Positions 29,314-37,576 of a stretch of DNA of 37,576 nt are shown piece after piece (position 1 is the first letter of the stretch; the number at the start of each line of letters is the position of its first letter). Both the position numbers and the translations under genes were made by a program. The notes beneath the pieces were generated by a model. It was not told the origin of the DNA. It worked only from the letters and a program-made list of their open reading frames with translations, and searched no databases. This DNA comes from Actinomycetota bacterium (GTDB taxonomy: Bacteria; Actinomycetota; Actinomycetes; Mycobacteriales; Mycobacteriaceae): assembly GCA_046725575.1 (NCBI GenBank), contig JBKOYU010000175.1, forward strand, positions 1-37,576, written 5' to 3'.

Positions 29314-30423
29314 ATGACCGACACAGTGCCTTCCATAGCGGTGCTCGCCGACGACCTGTCGGGCGCGGCCGAGGTGGCCGGCGCATTTCTCGGCCGAGAC
29401 GTCCCGTTATCTTTGCGGCTCAATGCTTTACAGGCACTCGCATCACCCGGCGTCACCGTCGCCGATCTGAACACCCGGATGATGTCGCCGGGTGATGCTG
29501 CCGCCACCGTCCGGGCAGCGCTCGCCAACATCTCGGCCGGTGCCCTCGTGATGAAGAAGGTCGACTCACTATTGCGAGGCCACATTCGCGCGGAAGTCGC
29601 GGCACTCGCCGAGCGCGGCCCGGTGATCGTGGCGCTGGCACTGCCCGTGCTTGGGCGCACGGGTCGTAATGGTGTGCTGTACATCGGTGACACACCGCTG
29701 CATGAAACCGCGGCTTGGGCCGCGGAGCCGGCACCGCCGCCGCTGGCCGTAGCCGACCTGTTCCCTGACCTCGCCGGCTCGGGGCGAATCACGGTGTACG
29801 ACGCGGAGACCGATGCCGATCTGGACGCTATCGTGAGCGCGGCGCCGGCGGGGTCGCAACTGGTCGGCACGTCGGCGCTGGCTGCCGCTGTCGCGCGGAC
29901 GTTGCCGGTCAGGCGATCCGATGCTGACCACGTCCCGCAGTCGAAAACCGTTCTGACCGTGGTCGGAACGGTTGCGCCCGTCGCGGCAGGCCAGGTCGAA
30001 GCGCTCGTGGCCGGTGGTGCCCGTCCGATCACAGTCGACGCACGTGCGCTACTGCATGACAAGGCCGACATCGAACCGGTTCAACGCGCTCTCGGCCGCG
30101 GTTCGGCCGTCGTCACCATCGGTGGTGTCGTGGATCCCGCAGAGGGCCAAGCTATCTCGGCCGCGCTTGGACACTTCATCGCCCACGCCGAGGCGGGGCT
30201 TCGGCCTGATCTGGTGCTGACCGGCGGCGAGACGGCGCGTTCGGTTGTCGACGCCATCGGTCTCACCGCACTGCATCCGGTACACGAAATCCACCATGGT
30301 GCCGTCGCATCGGTGGCCTCCGACGGCCGGCGTGTCGTCACGCGGCCCGGCAGCTTCGGCACCGCCAACAGCCTGGTGGACATCGTCCGATACCTCACCC
30401 AACCACGCGAGGACAACTCATGA
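29314..30423 (+). CDS. Four-carbon acid sugar kinase (DUF1537 family)
   Basis: ADDLSGA, KKVDSLLRG, LTGGETA, TRPGSFG; upstream of pdxA2. Confidence 0.9.
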   Translation: MTDTVPSIAVLADDLSGAAEVAGAFLGRDVPLSLRLNALQALASPGVTVADLNTRMMSPGDAAATVRAALANISAGALVMKKVDSLLRGHIRAEVAALAERGPVIVALALPVLGRTGRNGVLYIGDTPLHETAAWAAEPAPPPLAVADLFPDLAGSGRITVYDAETDADLDAIVSAAPAGSQLVGTSALAAAVARTLPVRRSDADHVPQSKTVLTVVGTVAPVAAGQVEALVAGGARPITVDARALLHDKADIEPVQRALGRGSAVVTIGGVVDPAEGQAISAALGHFIAHAEAGLRPDLVLTGGETARSVVDAIGLTALHPVHEIHHGAVASVASDGRRVVTRPGSFGTANSLVDIVRYLTQPREDNS

Positions 30424-31433
30424 CAAACCAGCCCCTGCCCGTCGTCGCCGTCACCATGGGCGACGGCGCCGGAATCGGCCCCGAAGTGGTGGTCCCCGCG
30501 CTTCTCGACGACACCGTCCTTCGCCTCTGCAATCCGGTGGTTATCGGCGACGCCAAGCGGCTCCGGTTGGCCGCCGAAATCGTCGGCGTGAACGCCGATA
30601 TAGTCGCCGTCGCTTCGGTCGCCGACGCCCAGCACGTTGCAGGCCGGATCAATGTCATCGACCTCGACCTACTTCCCGATGACCTGAAGTGGGGCGAACT
30701 ATCGGCCGCAGCGGGGCATGCCGCATACGAATACATCCGCGTCGCAAGCGAACTCGCCGTCCGCGGTGACGTGCAGGCCATCTGCACCGCACCGCTGAAC
30801 AAGGAGGCGCTGCATGCGGCCGGCCACATCTACCCGGGACACACCGAACTGCTCGCGGCGCTGACCGACACCGACGAGGTGTCGATGATGCTGTCGTCGC
30901 CGAAGCTGAAAGTCATCCACGTAACCACGCATATCGGCCTACTGGACGCGATCGCGTTGATCGAACCCGGCTTGGTCGAGCGCACCATCCGTCGAGGCCA
31001 TGAGGCACTGGTGCGCGCCGGAATCGCCAGCCCGAAGATCGGTGTCTGCGGGATTAACCCGCATGCCGGCGAGGGTGGGCTCTTCGGCTACGGCGAAGAG
31101 GAGCAGAAGATCATTCCCGCCGTCGAGACGCTGAAATCCGAGGGGATCGATGTGCACGGCCCACTGCCTGCGGACACCGCATTCTTCCTTGCTGGACGCG
31201 GCGATTACGACCTGATCGTCGCGATGTACCACGATCAGGGCCACGGCCCGGTGAAGGTGCTCGGCATCGAGGCAGGTGTGAACATCACGGTCGGGCTGCC
31301 CGTCATCCGCACTTCCGTGGACCACGGCACAGCGTTCGACATCGCCGGCAAGGGAATTGCCGAACACGGAAGTATGGTCGAGGCGCTCCGGCAGGCAGCT
31401 GAATTAGCAAGCAGCACAGCGGTTGTGAGGTAG
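30420..31433 (+). CDS. pdxA: PdxA2-type 4-phospho-tetronate / 4-hydroxythreonine-4-phosphate dehydrogenase
   Basis: TMGDGAGIGPE, TAPLNKE, PGHTE, NPHAGE, MYHDQG, RTSVDHGTAFDIAG. Confidence 0.95.
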   Translation: MTNQPLPVVAVTMGDGAGIGPEVVVPALLDDTVLRLCNPVVIGDAKRLRLAAEIVGVNADIVAVASVADAQHVAGRINVIDLDLLPDDLKWGELSAAAGHAAYEYIRVASELAVRGDVQAICTAPLNKEALHAAGHIYPGHTELLAALTDTDEVSMMLSSPKLKVIHVTTHIGLLDAIALIEPGLVERTIRRGHEALVRAGIASPKIGVCGINPHAGEGGLFGYGEEEQKIIPAVETLKSEGIDVHGPLPADTAFFLAGRGDYDLIVAMYHDQGHGPVKVLGIEAGVNITVGLPVIRTSVDHGTAFDIAGKGIAEHGSMVEALRQAAELASSTAVVR

Positions 31434-31448
31434 GCGGGAAGGCGACGA

Positions 31449-32231
31449 ATGCCCATTCGGGAGTCAGAGGCCCGCCGGTCGGAGATCGTTCGACTCGCGC
31501 GGTCCACGGGGCTGGCGAGCGTGGAAGAACTGTCCGTCCAATTTGGCGTCACCCCGTCGACCATCCGCCGTGATCTCAGCCAGTTGACCGCGGAAGGCCT
31601 GATCGCCCGAACCTACGGCGGAGCGATTGCGCTTGGCCGGCAACAGGAGTCGTCGTTGCGTCAACGCGCGATGGAGGGGTTCGACGCCAAACGCGCGATT
31701 GCCCGGTGGGCCGCGGACCAGGTTCAGTCAGGCGAGACCATCCTGCTCGACGCCGGCACCACCGTCGGCGCCATGGGTGAGTTCCTGCGCGACGTTGAAG
31801 ACCTCGTCGTCGTCACCGCGGGCCTGACAGCGTTGGAGGCGTTGGCTGATGCCGACGATGTCCGGGTTGAGTGCATCGGCGGCACACTGCGCCATCTGAG
31901 CCAGGGCTTCATCGGTCCGCTGGCCGAGGCGACGCTGCAGCGGCTCACGTTCGATCGCGCGTTCCTCGGCGCGGACGCCGTCAACGCGGATCTCGGCATC
32001 TGCGAGGCGGAACTCGTACAGACGCGGCTGAAGGAAATCATGATCGAGCGGGCGGGCACCGTCTATGTGCTGGCCCATGCCGACAAACTCGGGCGCCGGC
32101 CATTCCATGCGTGGGCGCCCATCCCGCCCGGTGCCACATTGGTCACCGATGCCGCAGCGACGGGGGCTCAGGTGCGGCCGTTCGAGGCGGCGGGGATCCA
32201 TGTCGTGCGAGCGGGTGGCTGCCGAGACTGA
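31449..32231 (+). CDS. DeoR/GlpR family transcriptional regulator
   Basis: FGVTPSTIRRDL HTH, RTYGGA, LDAGTT sensor domain. Confidence 0.93.
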   Translation: MPIRESEARRSEIVRLARSTGLASVEELSVQFGVTPSTIRRDLSQLTAEGLIARTYGGAIALGRQQESSLRQRAMEGFDAKRAIARWAADQVQSGETILLDAGTTVGAMGEFLRDVEDLVVVTAGLTALEALADADDVRVECIGGTLRHLSQGFIGPLAEATLQRLTFDRAFLGADAVNADLGICEAELVQTRLKEIMIERAGTVYVLAHADKLGRRPFHAWAPIPPGATLVTDAAATGAQVRPFEAAGIHVVRAGGCRD

Positions 32232-32234
32232 TTG

Positions 32235-32297
32235 CGCCGAAACTGTATTCCAGCAGGCCCTATCTCGGGCTTTCTCTGCCGGAATACAGTTTCGGCG
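32235..32297. repeat. REP-like palindrome P2 (63 bp)
   Basis: Arms CGCCGAAACTGTATTCCAGCAG / CTGCCGGAATACAGTTTCGGCG with one mismatch; between convergent deoR and gatD. Confidence 0.9.
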
Positions 32298-32301
32298 AAA
32301 A

Positions 32302-33024
32302 TCAGACGCGGCGAGGGGCGGCCAGGCGTTCGCGGCGCAGCTGCGCCACCTCGTCGATCTCCAGCGGCGGCAATTCACCGACTACGCTAGACAACAAGTA
32401 GTCCGCGAGCTCTGGATTGCGGGCCAGGCAGGGCCCATGCAGATACGTGGCCACCACGCTGCCCTGCACCGCGCCGTCGATGCCGTCGCCCGCGCGGTTG
32501 CCCGCGCCGCTGATCACCTTCGCGAGGGGTTGCGCCGCCGCGCCGAGAACCGTTCCACCACGGTGGTTTTCGAAGCCGGTCAGCTTCTCTGACAAACCGG
32601 GCACCAACGGCTGCGACACGACCTCGCCGATGGTCCGCTTCGCCTGCGGCGAGGTGGTCACGTCCAGCAGGCCAACCCCGTCGACGCGCTCACCCGACGA
32701 CGTCTCGTACCAATGCCCGAGGACCTGGATCGCCGCGCAGATCGCTAACACCGGCGCGCCCCGCGCAGCCGCCTTTTGCAAACCGGGGTAACGGATCAAG
32801 TGCTTGGTCGCCAGCCGTTGCGCGTAATCCTCCGCCCCGCCCAGCGTGTACAGGTCGAGCTCCGACGGCACCGGATCCGACAGCGTGATCTCGACGATCT
32901 CCGCGTCAAACCCTCGCAGCCGCAACCGTTGCCGCAACACCACGGAATTGCCGCCGTCGCCGTACGTGCCCATCACATCGGGCAGCACCAGCCCGATCCG
33001 CACCGTCGACTCAGACACGGCCAT
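32302..33024 (-). CDS. gatD: Lipid II isoglutaminyl synthase glutaminase subunit GatD (CobQ2/Rv3713-like)
   Basis: MGTYGDGGN, AICAAIQ, GFENHRG, TYLHGP; downstream of murT. Start may be GTG 33018. Confidence 0.88.
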   Translation of the reverse strand: MAVSESTVRIGLVLPDVMGTYGDGGNSVVLRQRLRLRGFDAEIVEITLSDPVPSELDLYTLGGAEDYAQRLATKHLIRYPGLQKAAARGAPVLAICAAIQVLGHWYETSSGERVDGVGLLDVTTSPQAKRTIGEVVSQPLVPGLSEKLTGFENHRGGTVLGAAAQPLAKVISGAGNRAGDGIDGAVQGSVVATYLHGPCLARNPELADYLLSSVVGELPPLEIDEVAQLRRERLAAPRRV

Positions 33025-34246
33025 CCCGTCCGAAGGTTCGGTTCAACTGCAGGAACGCCGTGTAGTTGGCGACTACCTCGACGTGTCCCGGCGGGCAGGA
33101 CGTAATCGCTTCAACGGCGTTGTGCACCAACGTGTGTTCGACGCCCGCGTATCCGAGGCGAACGGCCAAGTCTGTCCCGCGCTCGCCCGCGGCCACGACA
33201 GGCTTGTCGACGAAATGCTCGAAATTGACGTCCCAGAGCCAGGACAGGTCCTCGCCGTCGGGCACCTGGCCGTTGACCGAGATCACCACCGAACCGGCGT
33301 CGGTGTCCACCATCGACAGCGCCTCCTGCCAGCCGGCCGGGTTCTTGGCCAGCAGCATCCGAACCGAATGCGCACCGAGTTGCACCGTGCTGTACCGGCC
33401 GGCCACCTCGTCGACACCAGACACCGCCGCCACCGCGGCGGCCGGATCGGCGCCCAACGTGACCGCCGCCGCCACCGCCTGCGTGGCATTCCCGCGGTTC
33501 ACCACGCCAGGCAGCGCCAGCGTCATCGGCAGCGAAAACCCTTCTGGCCCATAGATATTCGCATCGTCGTACCACCACTGCGGACTGGGCCGCTTGAAGT
33601 CGGTACCCGTCGAATACCAGTGACTGCCGTCACGCACGATGATCTCGCCGGACCGAGGACAGCTCACCGAGTCGTTCGCCCAGCCGCCGCCCGCCGCCAC
33701 CCACAGCACGTGCGGGCTGTCATAGGCCGCCGACGTCATCAGCACGTCATCGCAATTGGCGACCACCACCGTAGATGGATGTCGGGCCAACCCGCCGCGC
33801 AATGTCCGCTCGATGTGGTTGATCTCGCCGACGCGGTCCAGCTGATCGCGCGACAGGTTCAGCAGCACGATCACGGCCGGGTTCACGGCGTCGGCGACAT
33901 GAGGCACGTGCATCTCGTCGACCTCAAGCGCCGCCAACGAAGCATCGCGGGACCCCGCCAACGCGGCAACGAGTCCGGCGTCCATGTTCGCGCCCTCGGC
34001 GTTGGTGGCGACGGGTCCGAGGGTGCCCAGCGCCGCCGCGGTCATCCGGGTGGTGGTCGACTTGCCGTTGGTGCCGGTGACCACGACCGTGCGACGGCCC
34101 TCGCCGAGCTGACGAAGCACGGACTTGTCGAGCGCCAGGGCCACCAGGCCGCCGATCATCGCGCCTGCGCCACGCCCGGTGACCCGCGACGCCCATCGCG
34201 CGCCTGCCCCGGCGGCGAGCGCGACACGTCCACGAGTGGTGACCAT
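33011..34246 (-). CDS. murT: Mur-ligase-family MurT (Rv3712-like)
   Basis: TGTNGKSTT, LSRDQLDR, LAKNPAG, DLSWLWD, NYTAF; TAAAAT 7 nt before ATG 34246. Confidence 0.9.
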   Translation of the reverse strand: MVTTRGRVALAAGAGARWASRVTGRGAGAMIGGLVALALDKSVLRQLGEGRRTVVVTGTNGKSTTTRMTAAALGTLGPVATNAEGANMDAGLVAALAGSRDASLAALEVDEMHVPHVADAVNPAVIVLLNLSRDQLDRVGEINHIERTLRGGLARHPSTVVVANCDDVLMTSAAYDSPHVLWVAAGGGWANDSVSCPRSGEIIVRDGSHWYSTGTDFKRPSPQWWYDDANIYGPEGFSLPMTLALPGVVNRGNATQAVAAAVTLGADPAAAVAAVSGVDEVAGRYSTVQLGAHSVRMLLAKNPAGWQEALSMVDTDAGSVVISVNGQVPDGEDLSWLWDVNFEHFVDKPVVAAGERGTDLAVRLGYAGVEHTLVHNAVEAITSCPPGHVEVVANYTAFLQLNRTFGRDGRV

Positions 34247-34303
34247 TCCCGGCATTTTAGGTAGCCGACACGCTGGCCAGCGATCCGGCGGGATGGCCCG
34301 GTT

Positions 34304-34325
34304 TGTCGGGGACCCGTGCCATCCT
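34304..34325 (+). promoter_or_regulatory. PafBC (RecA-NDp)-type promoter of dnaQ, leaderless
   Basis: TGTCGG-N10-CATCCT, 6 nt before GTG 34332. Confidence 0.7.
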
Positions 34326-34331
34326 CAAAAC

Positions 34332-35408
34332 GTGAGCCAAACCTGGGGCCGGCCGGCAAACGAGACCGGCGCGGGCTGGGCCGTCGTCGACGTCGAGACC
34401 TCAGGCTTCCGCCCCGGGCAGGCCCGCATCGTGAGCGTCGCCGCCCTTGCCCTCGGCGACGACGGCAACGTCGAGCAAAGCCTCTACACGCTGCTCAACC
34501 CGGGCGTCGACCCCGGACCCACCCACGTGCACGGCCTGACCACGGAAATGCTGCAGGGCCAGCCGTGCTTCGGCGATGTCGTCGGCCCCCTTATCGAGCT
34601 GCTGAAGGACCGCACGCTCGTCGCCCACAACGTCGGCTTCGACTACTCGTTCCTGGCCGCCGAGGCCGAACTCGTCGGGGCGGAGCTCCCCGTCGACACC
34701 GTGATGTGCACGGTCGAGCTGACGCGCCGCCTCGACCTGGGCACAGAGAACCTCCAGCTGGCGACGCTGGCGGCGCATTGGGGCATCACGCAGATAAAGC
34801 CGCACGACGCGCTCGACGACGCGATGGTGCTCGCCCAAATCCTCAAGCCTGTGCTGGTCAGGGCCAGGGAGCGCAGGGTCTGGCTGCCGGTGCGGCCGGT
34901 GACACGGCGGCAGTGGCCGAACGGCCAGGTCACCCACGATGAGCTGCGCCCGCTGAAGATGCTGGCCTCGCGGCTGCCGTGCCCGTATATGAACCCCGGG
35001 CGGTTTGTCGCGGGCCGGCCGTTGGTGCAGGGCATGCGGGTGGCGTTGTCGGCCGAGGTCACTCGCACCCACGAGGAGCTCATCGAACGGATCGTGCACG
35101 CGGGGCTGTCCTACACCGACAACATCGACCCCGAGACCTCACTCGTCATCTGCAACGAACCCGAACCCGAACACGGCAAGGGCTATCAAGCACATGAGCT
35201 CGGCGTTCCGCTGGTCAATGACGCCGACTTCATGCGATTCCTCGACACAGTCGTCGGCGGCACCGGCATCGAGGAGTTCACCGACACCACACTCGCCGGC
35301 GAGCAGTTCGCGCTGTTCGAAGTCGGGCGCGAGGTTCCCAGGGACACACCGGGGGTGAACGTGACCGGCAGCCTGCCCAGCCCGGTCATGCTCGGATTGC
35401 CGGAGTAG
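34332..35408 (+). CDS. dnaQ: DEDDh 3'-5' exonuclease DnaQ (Rv3711c-like) with read-through C-terminal extension
   Basis: VDVETSG, AHNVGFD, HDALDD, BRCT-like domain; clamp motif QFALF at 35304-35318 followed by 29 extra residues. Confidence 0.9.
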   Translation: MSQTWGRPANETGAGWAVVDVETSGFRPGQARIVSVAALALGDDGNVEQSLYTLLNPGVDPGPTHVHGLTTEMLQGQPCFGDVVGPLIELLKDRTLVAHNVGFDYSFLAAEAELVGAELPVDTVMCTVELTRRLDLGTENLQLATLAAHWGITQIKPHDALDDAMVLAQILKPVLVRARERRVWLPVRPVTRRQWPNGQVTHDELRPLKMLASRLPCPYMNPGRFVAGRPLVQGMRVALSAEVTRTHEELIERIVHAGLSYTDNIDPETSLVICNEPEPEHGKGYQAHELGVPLVNDADFMRFLDTVVGGTGIEEFTDTTLAGEQFALFEVGREVPRDTPGVNVTGSLPSPVMLGLPE

Positions 35409-35446
35409 CGATGGACACCGCTCAGGTCGACCTCGTAGTCGGGGAT
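35319..35446 (-). pseudogene. Cytochrome P450 C-terminal fragment
   Basis: IPDYEVDLSGVHRYSGNPSMTGLGRLPVTFTPG resembles the segment after the heme Cys in actinobacterial P450s; no Cys motif retained. Confidence 0.6.
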
Positions 35447-35448
35447 GC

Positions 35449-36271
35449 CTGGCGGCCGACCTGGCGAAGATCCCCGGCTTGTGCGAGGCGCGGCGGGTCG
35501 GCACCGACGGTTTGACACCGACGTTCGCCAGGTTGATCGCTGAGCTGGTCACGTCGGCAGAACTCGTTGACGCCGCACCTGTTATGCAAAGTGCTCGGCG
35601 GACCAAGACGCCCGACGAGATCACCTGCCTCGAGGTGGCGTCGGCGATCTCGGAGGCCGCGTTGAGCGCGATGGAAGACGCGTTGGCGCATGGCATCACC
35701 GAGCGTGACCTGCTCGGCATCTACCACGAGCGGATCGCCAGCCTGGGCGCGCCGATGTCGCCGTCGGAAGGCGTGTGCTTCGCGACGCCATCACAGGGCC
35801 TAGTCATGTTCCGGCACTTGGCATCCGATCAGCCGATCCGCGACGGCGAACTGGTGGTGCTCAAGCCGGGCGCGCTGTACGCCGGTTACGAGGCCGGGCT
35901 TCGCCCGCACCCGGGTGGCCGGTCGTGCCAGTCAGCCGGGGACCCCCAACCTGGCCTCGAGATGCGCACGTGGAATGGACGCGCTGATCTCCGCATGTCG
36001 CCCAGGTAATACCGGCGCCGACCTGTACCGGGCGTGGGAGGACGCGGGCAACGCAGATCCAGAGATCCCGCTGGCGCACGGTCTCGGATTGGGCGCCGAA
36101 CCGCCGCTGAGCGGCCTCGGGCGTGGCCGCGATGCCGTCATCGACGAAAGGATGGTGCTGAGCGTGCAGTCCTGGGTCACCGAGGAAGGCATCGGGGGAT
36201 GCCTGGAGCGCGGTACGGTGCTTGTCGGGAGCGCTGGCCCATCCGCGCTCATCCGCTACGGAAGGTTGTAA
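35449..36271 (+). pseudogene. M24 (Xaa-Pro peptidase/creatinase fold) protein, 5'-truncated and frameshifted
   Basis: ARRTKTPDEI, YAGYEAG, then +1 at ~35900, then LAHGLGLG and LSVQSWV..GIGG. Confidence 0.8.
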
Positions 36272-36724
36272 TGGCAAGCCACCGAACGGTTTTCAACCAC
36301 ATCGGGTTTATGCGTCACGGACCGTGAGCGGTCGCGGCGCTTCTACGAGGGCCTGCTCGGCTTCCGGTTTTGGTGGGAACTCGAACTGCCCGACGCAGGC
36401 ACCGAAAAACTTCTTCAACTGGAGAAGCCGATCGGAGTGCGCGCGACGTACCTGGTTCGTGACGGCCTCGTGCTGGACCTCATCGACTACACGGAACGCG
36501 ACGTCCACGCGGGGCCCGAGCGCGTCATGGACCAGGTGGGCCTCACGCATATGTCGTTTTCGGTTTCCGATCTGGCCGCGGTGCTGACGATGGTCGAGCG
36601 CTTCGGTGGATCGGTCGTCGAAGCGACGGTCTCCGACCAATTCGCGATGATCCGCGATCCGGACGGGCAGCTGATCGAACTGCTCCCAGACTCGTGGCTG
36701 GCGGCCCTGCCGCCGCGGCCCTAA
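36271..36724 (+). pseudogene. VOC/glyoxalase family protein with +1 frameshift (or sequencing error)
   Basis: MASHRTVFNHIG, extra T at 36307-36309, then LCVTDRERSRRFYEGLLGF...THMSF...RDPDGQLIEL. Confidence 0.82.
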
Positions 36725-36749
36725 GAGCGCGTGTGTGAACTTGTCAGCC

Positions 36750-36780
36750 CGATGAGTTCCGGCCGGGTCGCGAGTCTGTT
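36750..36780 (+). promoter_or_regulatory. SigG/ECF56-like promoter
   Basis: CGATGA-N18-GTCTGTT versus recalled SigG motif CGATGA-N18-GTCNNTA. Confidence 0.55.
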
Positions 36781-36841
36781 CTGGTGACCGCCGTAGAACG
36801 TCGTACGACGCTGCCCGGCACAAGACACCACGGAGGACACC

Positions 36842-37576
36842 ATGACGACCACCCCGAGTGACCCGACCACCGCGCTGCCCGGCCGCCCGCCCATCGTCGA
36901 CTTGGCCACCTGGCAGGCCGCCCGTGACGAACTGCTGGTCCGCGAGAAGGCCCACACCCGCGAGGGCGACGCCATCGCCGCGGCCCGCCGGCGGCTGCCG
37001 ATGGTGGAGTTCGACGGGACGGTCGAGGTCGTCGGGCCCGACGGCCCGGTCCCGTTCCTCGACCTGTTCCATGGCCGCGACGAGCTCGTGGTCTACAAAC
37101 ACATGTGGTACGACGGCGCGCCGCACCAGGGGCAGTGCGAGGGCTGCACCACCACGGCCTGGCACCTGAAGGACGCCGTCTACCTCAACGCCCGCGGCGT
37201 CTCGTTCGCCATCCTGACCACGGGCCGGTGGGAAGAGGTGGCCTCCTACGTCGAGTTCATGGGCTACACCCAGCCCTGGTACTCGGTGCGCGGTGTGGAG
37301 GCGCCGGTCGGAGGCAGCATGGGTTCCATCACCTGCTTCCTGCGTGACGGCGACCGCGTGTTCCTCACCTACTCCACGACGGGCCGTGGCAACGAGCGGA
37401 TCAACGGGTCCCTCGGCTTGCTCGACATGACGCACTACGGCCGCGGCGAGGCGTGGGAGGACAAGCCCGAGGGCTGGCCCGAGGGGCGCCGCTCGTGCTG
37501 GTTCTGGCGCTCGGACGCGGACGGGAACGCCACCTGGGGCCCGACCAGCCGCCCCGTGCCGCAGTGGACCCGCCCC
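36842..37576 (+). CDS. DUF899 (thioredoxin-like) family protein, runs off the 3' end
   Basis: Manual translation: WQAARDELLVREKAHTREGDAIAAARRRLPMVE, CEGC, YSTTGRGNE, LLDMTHYGRGEAWED; CGGAGG SD. Not in the ORF track. Confidence 0.88.
   Translation, partial: MTTTPSDPTTALPGRPPIVDLATWQAARDELLVREKAHTREGDAIAAARRRLPMVEFDGTVEVVGPDGPVPFLDLFHGRDELVVYKHMWYDGAPHQGQCEGCTTTAWHLKDAVYLNARGVSFAILTTGRWEEVASYVEFMGYTQPWYSVRGVEAPVGGSMGSITCFLRDGDRVFLTYSTTGRGNERINGSLGLLDMTHYGRGEAWEDKPEGWPEGRRSCWFWRSDADGNATWGPTSRPVPQWTRP

Noticed and set aside
30420-31433. PdxA as evidence of DXP-dependent vitamin B6 synthesis
   Set aside because: Context with a DUF1537 kinase and DeoR indicates catabolic PdxA2; mycobacteria use the Pdx1/Pdx2 route.
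19456-32297. Island as an IS-bounded composite transposon, prophage or ICE
   Set aside because: No transposase, integrase or relaxase, no target-site duplication found, and the two palindromes are not sequence-identical ends.
34254-34270. PafBC motif for murT (TGTCGG...TAAAAT on the minus strand)
   Set aside because: Spacer is 5 nt rather than 10.

Overview
High-GC actinobacterial chromosome segment, almost certainly Mycobacterium/Mycolicibacterium. Gene order matches, from recall, the M. tuberculosis Rv3731-Rv3711c region read in reverse. The backbone is ligC/ligC/Prim-PolC, lucA, tRNA-Ser(GGA), SRP RNA, a Rv3722c-type aminotransferase, dnaX, the cfa plus FAD-oxidoreductase pair for tuberculostearic acid, an SRPBCC gene, ami1, ybaB, recR, a Rv3714c-like AbiEi/DUF559 gene, gatD, murT and dnaQ. 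Accessory material: (i) a decayed left end with a duplicated SRPBCC locus and an LLM-F420 pseudogene; (ii) a Streptomyces-like threonine aldolase coupled to Prim-PolC, followed by a LipL-like fragment; (iii) a ~12 kb DeoR-controlled sugar-acid catabolic island (family-5 ABC importer, sialidase-fold protein, SDR, AKR, HpcH aldolase, DUF1537 kinase, PdxA2) with a visible operator motif repeated at 32-bp spacing; (iv) a deletion scar after dnaQ containing P450, M24 and VOC remnants. The most unusual signal is a pair of 62/63-bp palindromes with shared ends and loop motif but different self-complementary arms. They bracket the DUF559-like nuclease gene (which has a PafBC-type promoter) together with the whole island. 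A MIRU-type relay of two 11-codon mini-ORFs joins the two tuberculostearic-acid genes. All homolog assignments are from recall of families, not from searches.
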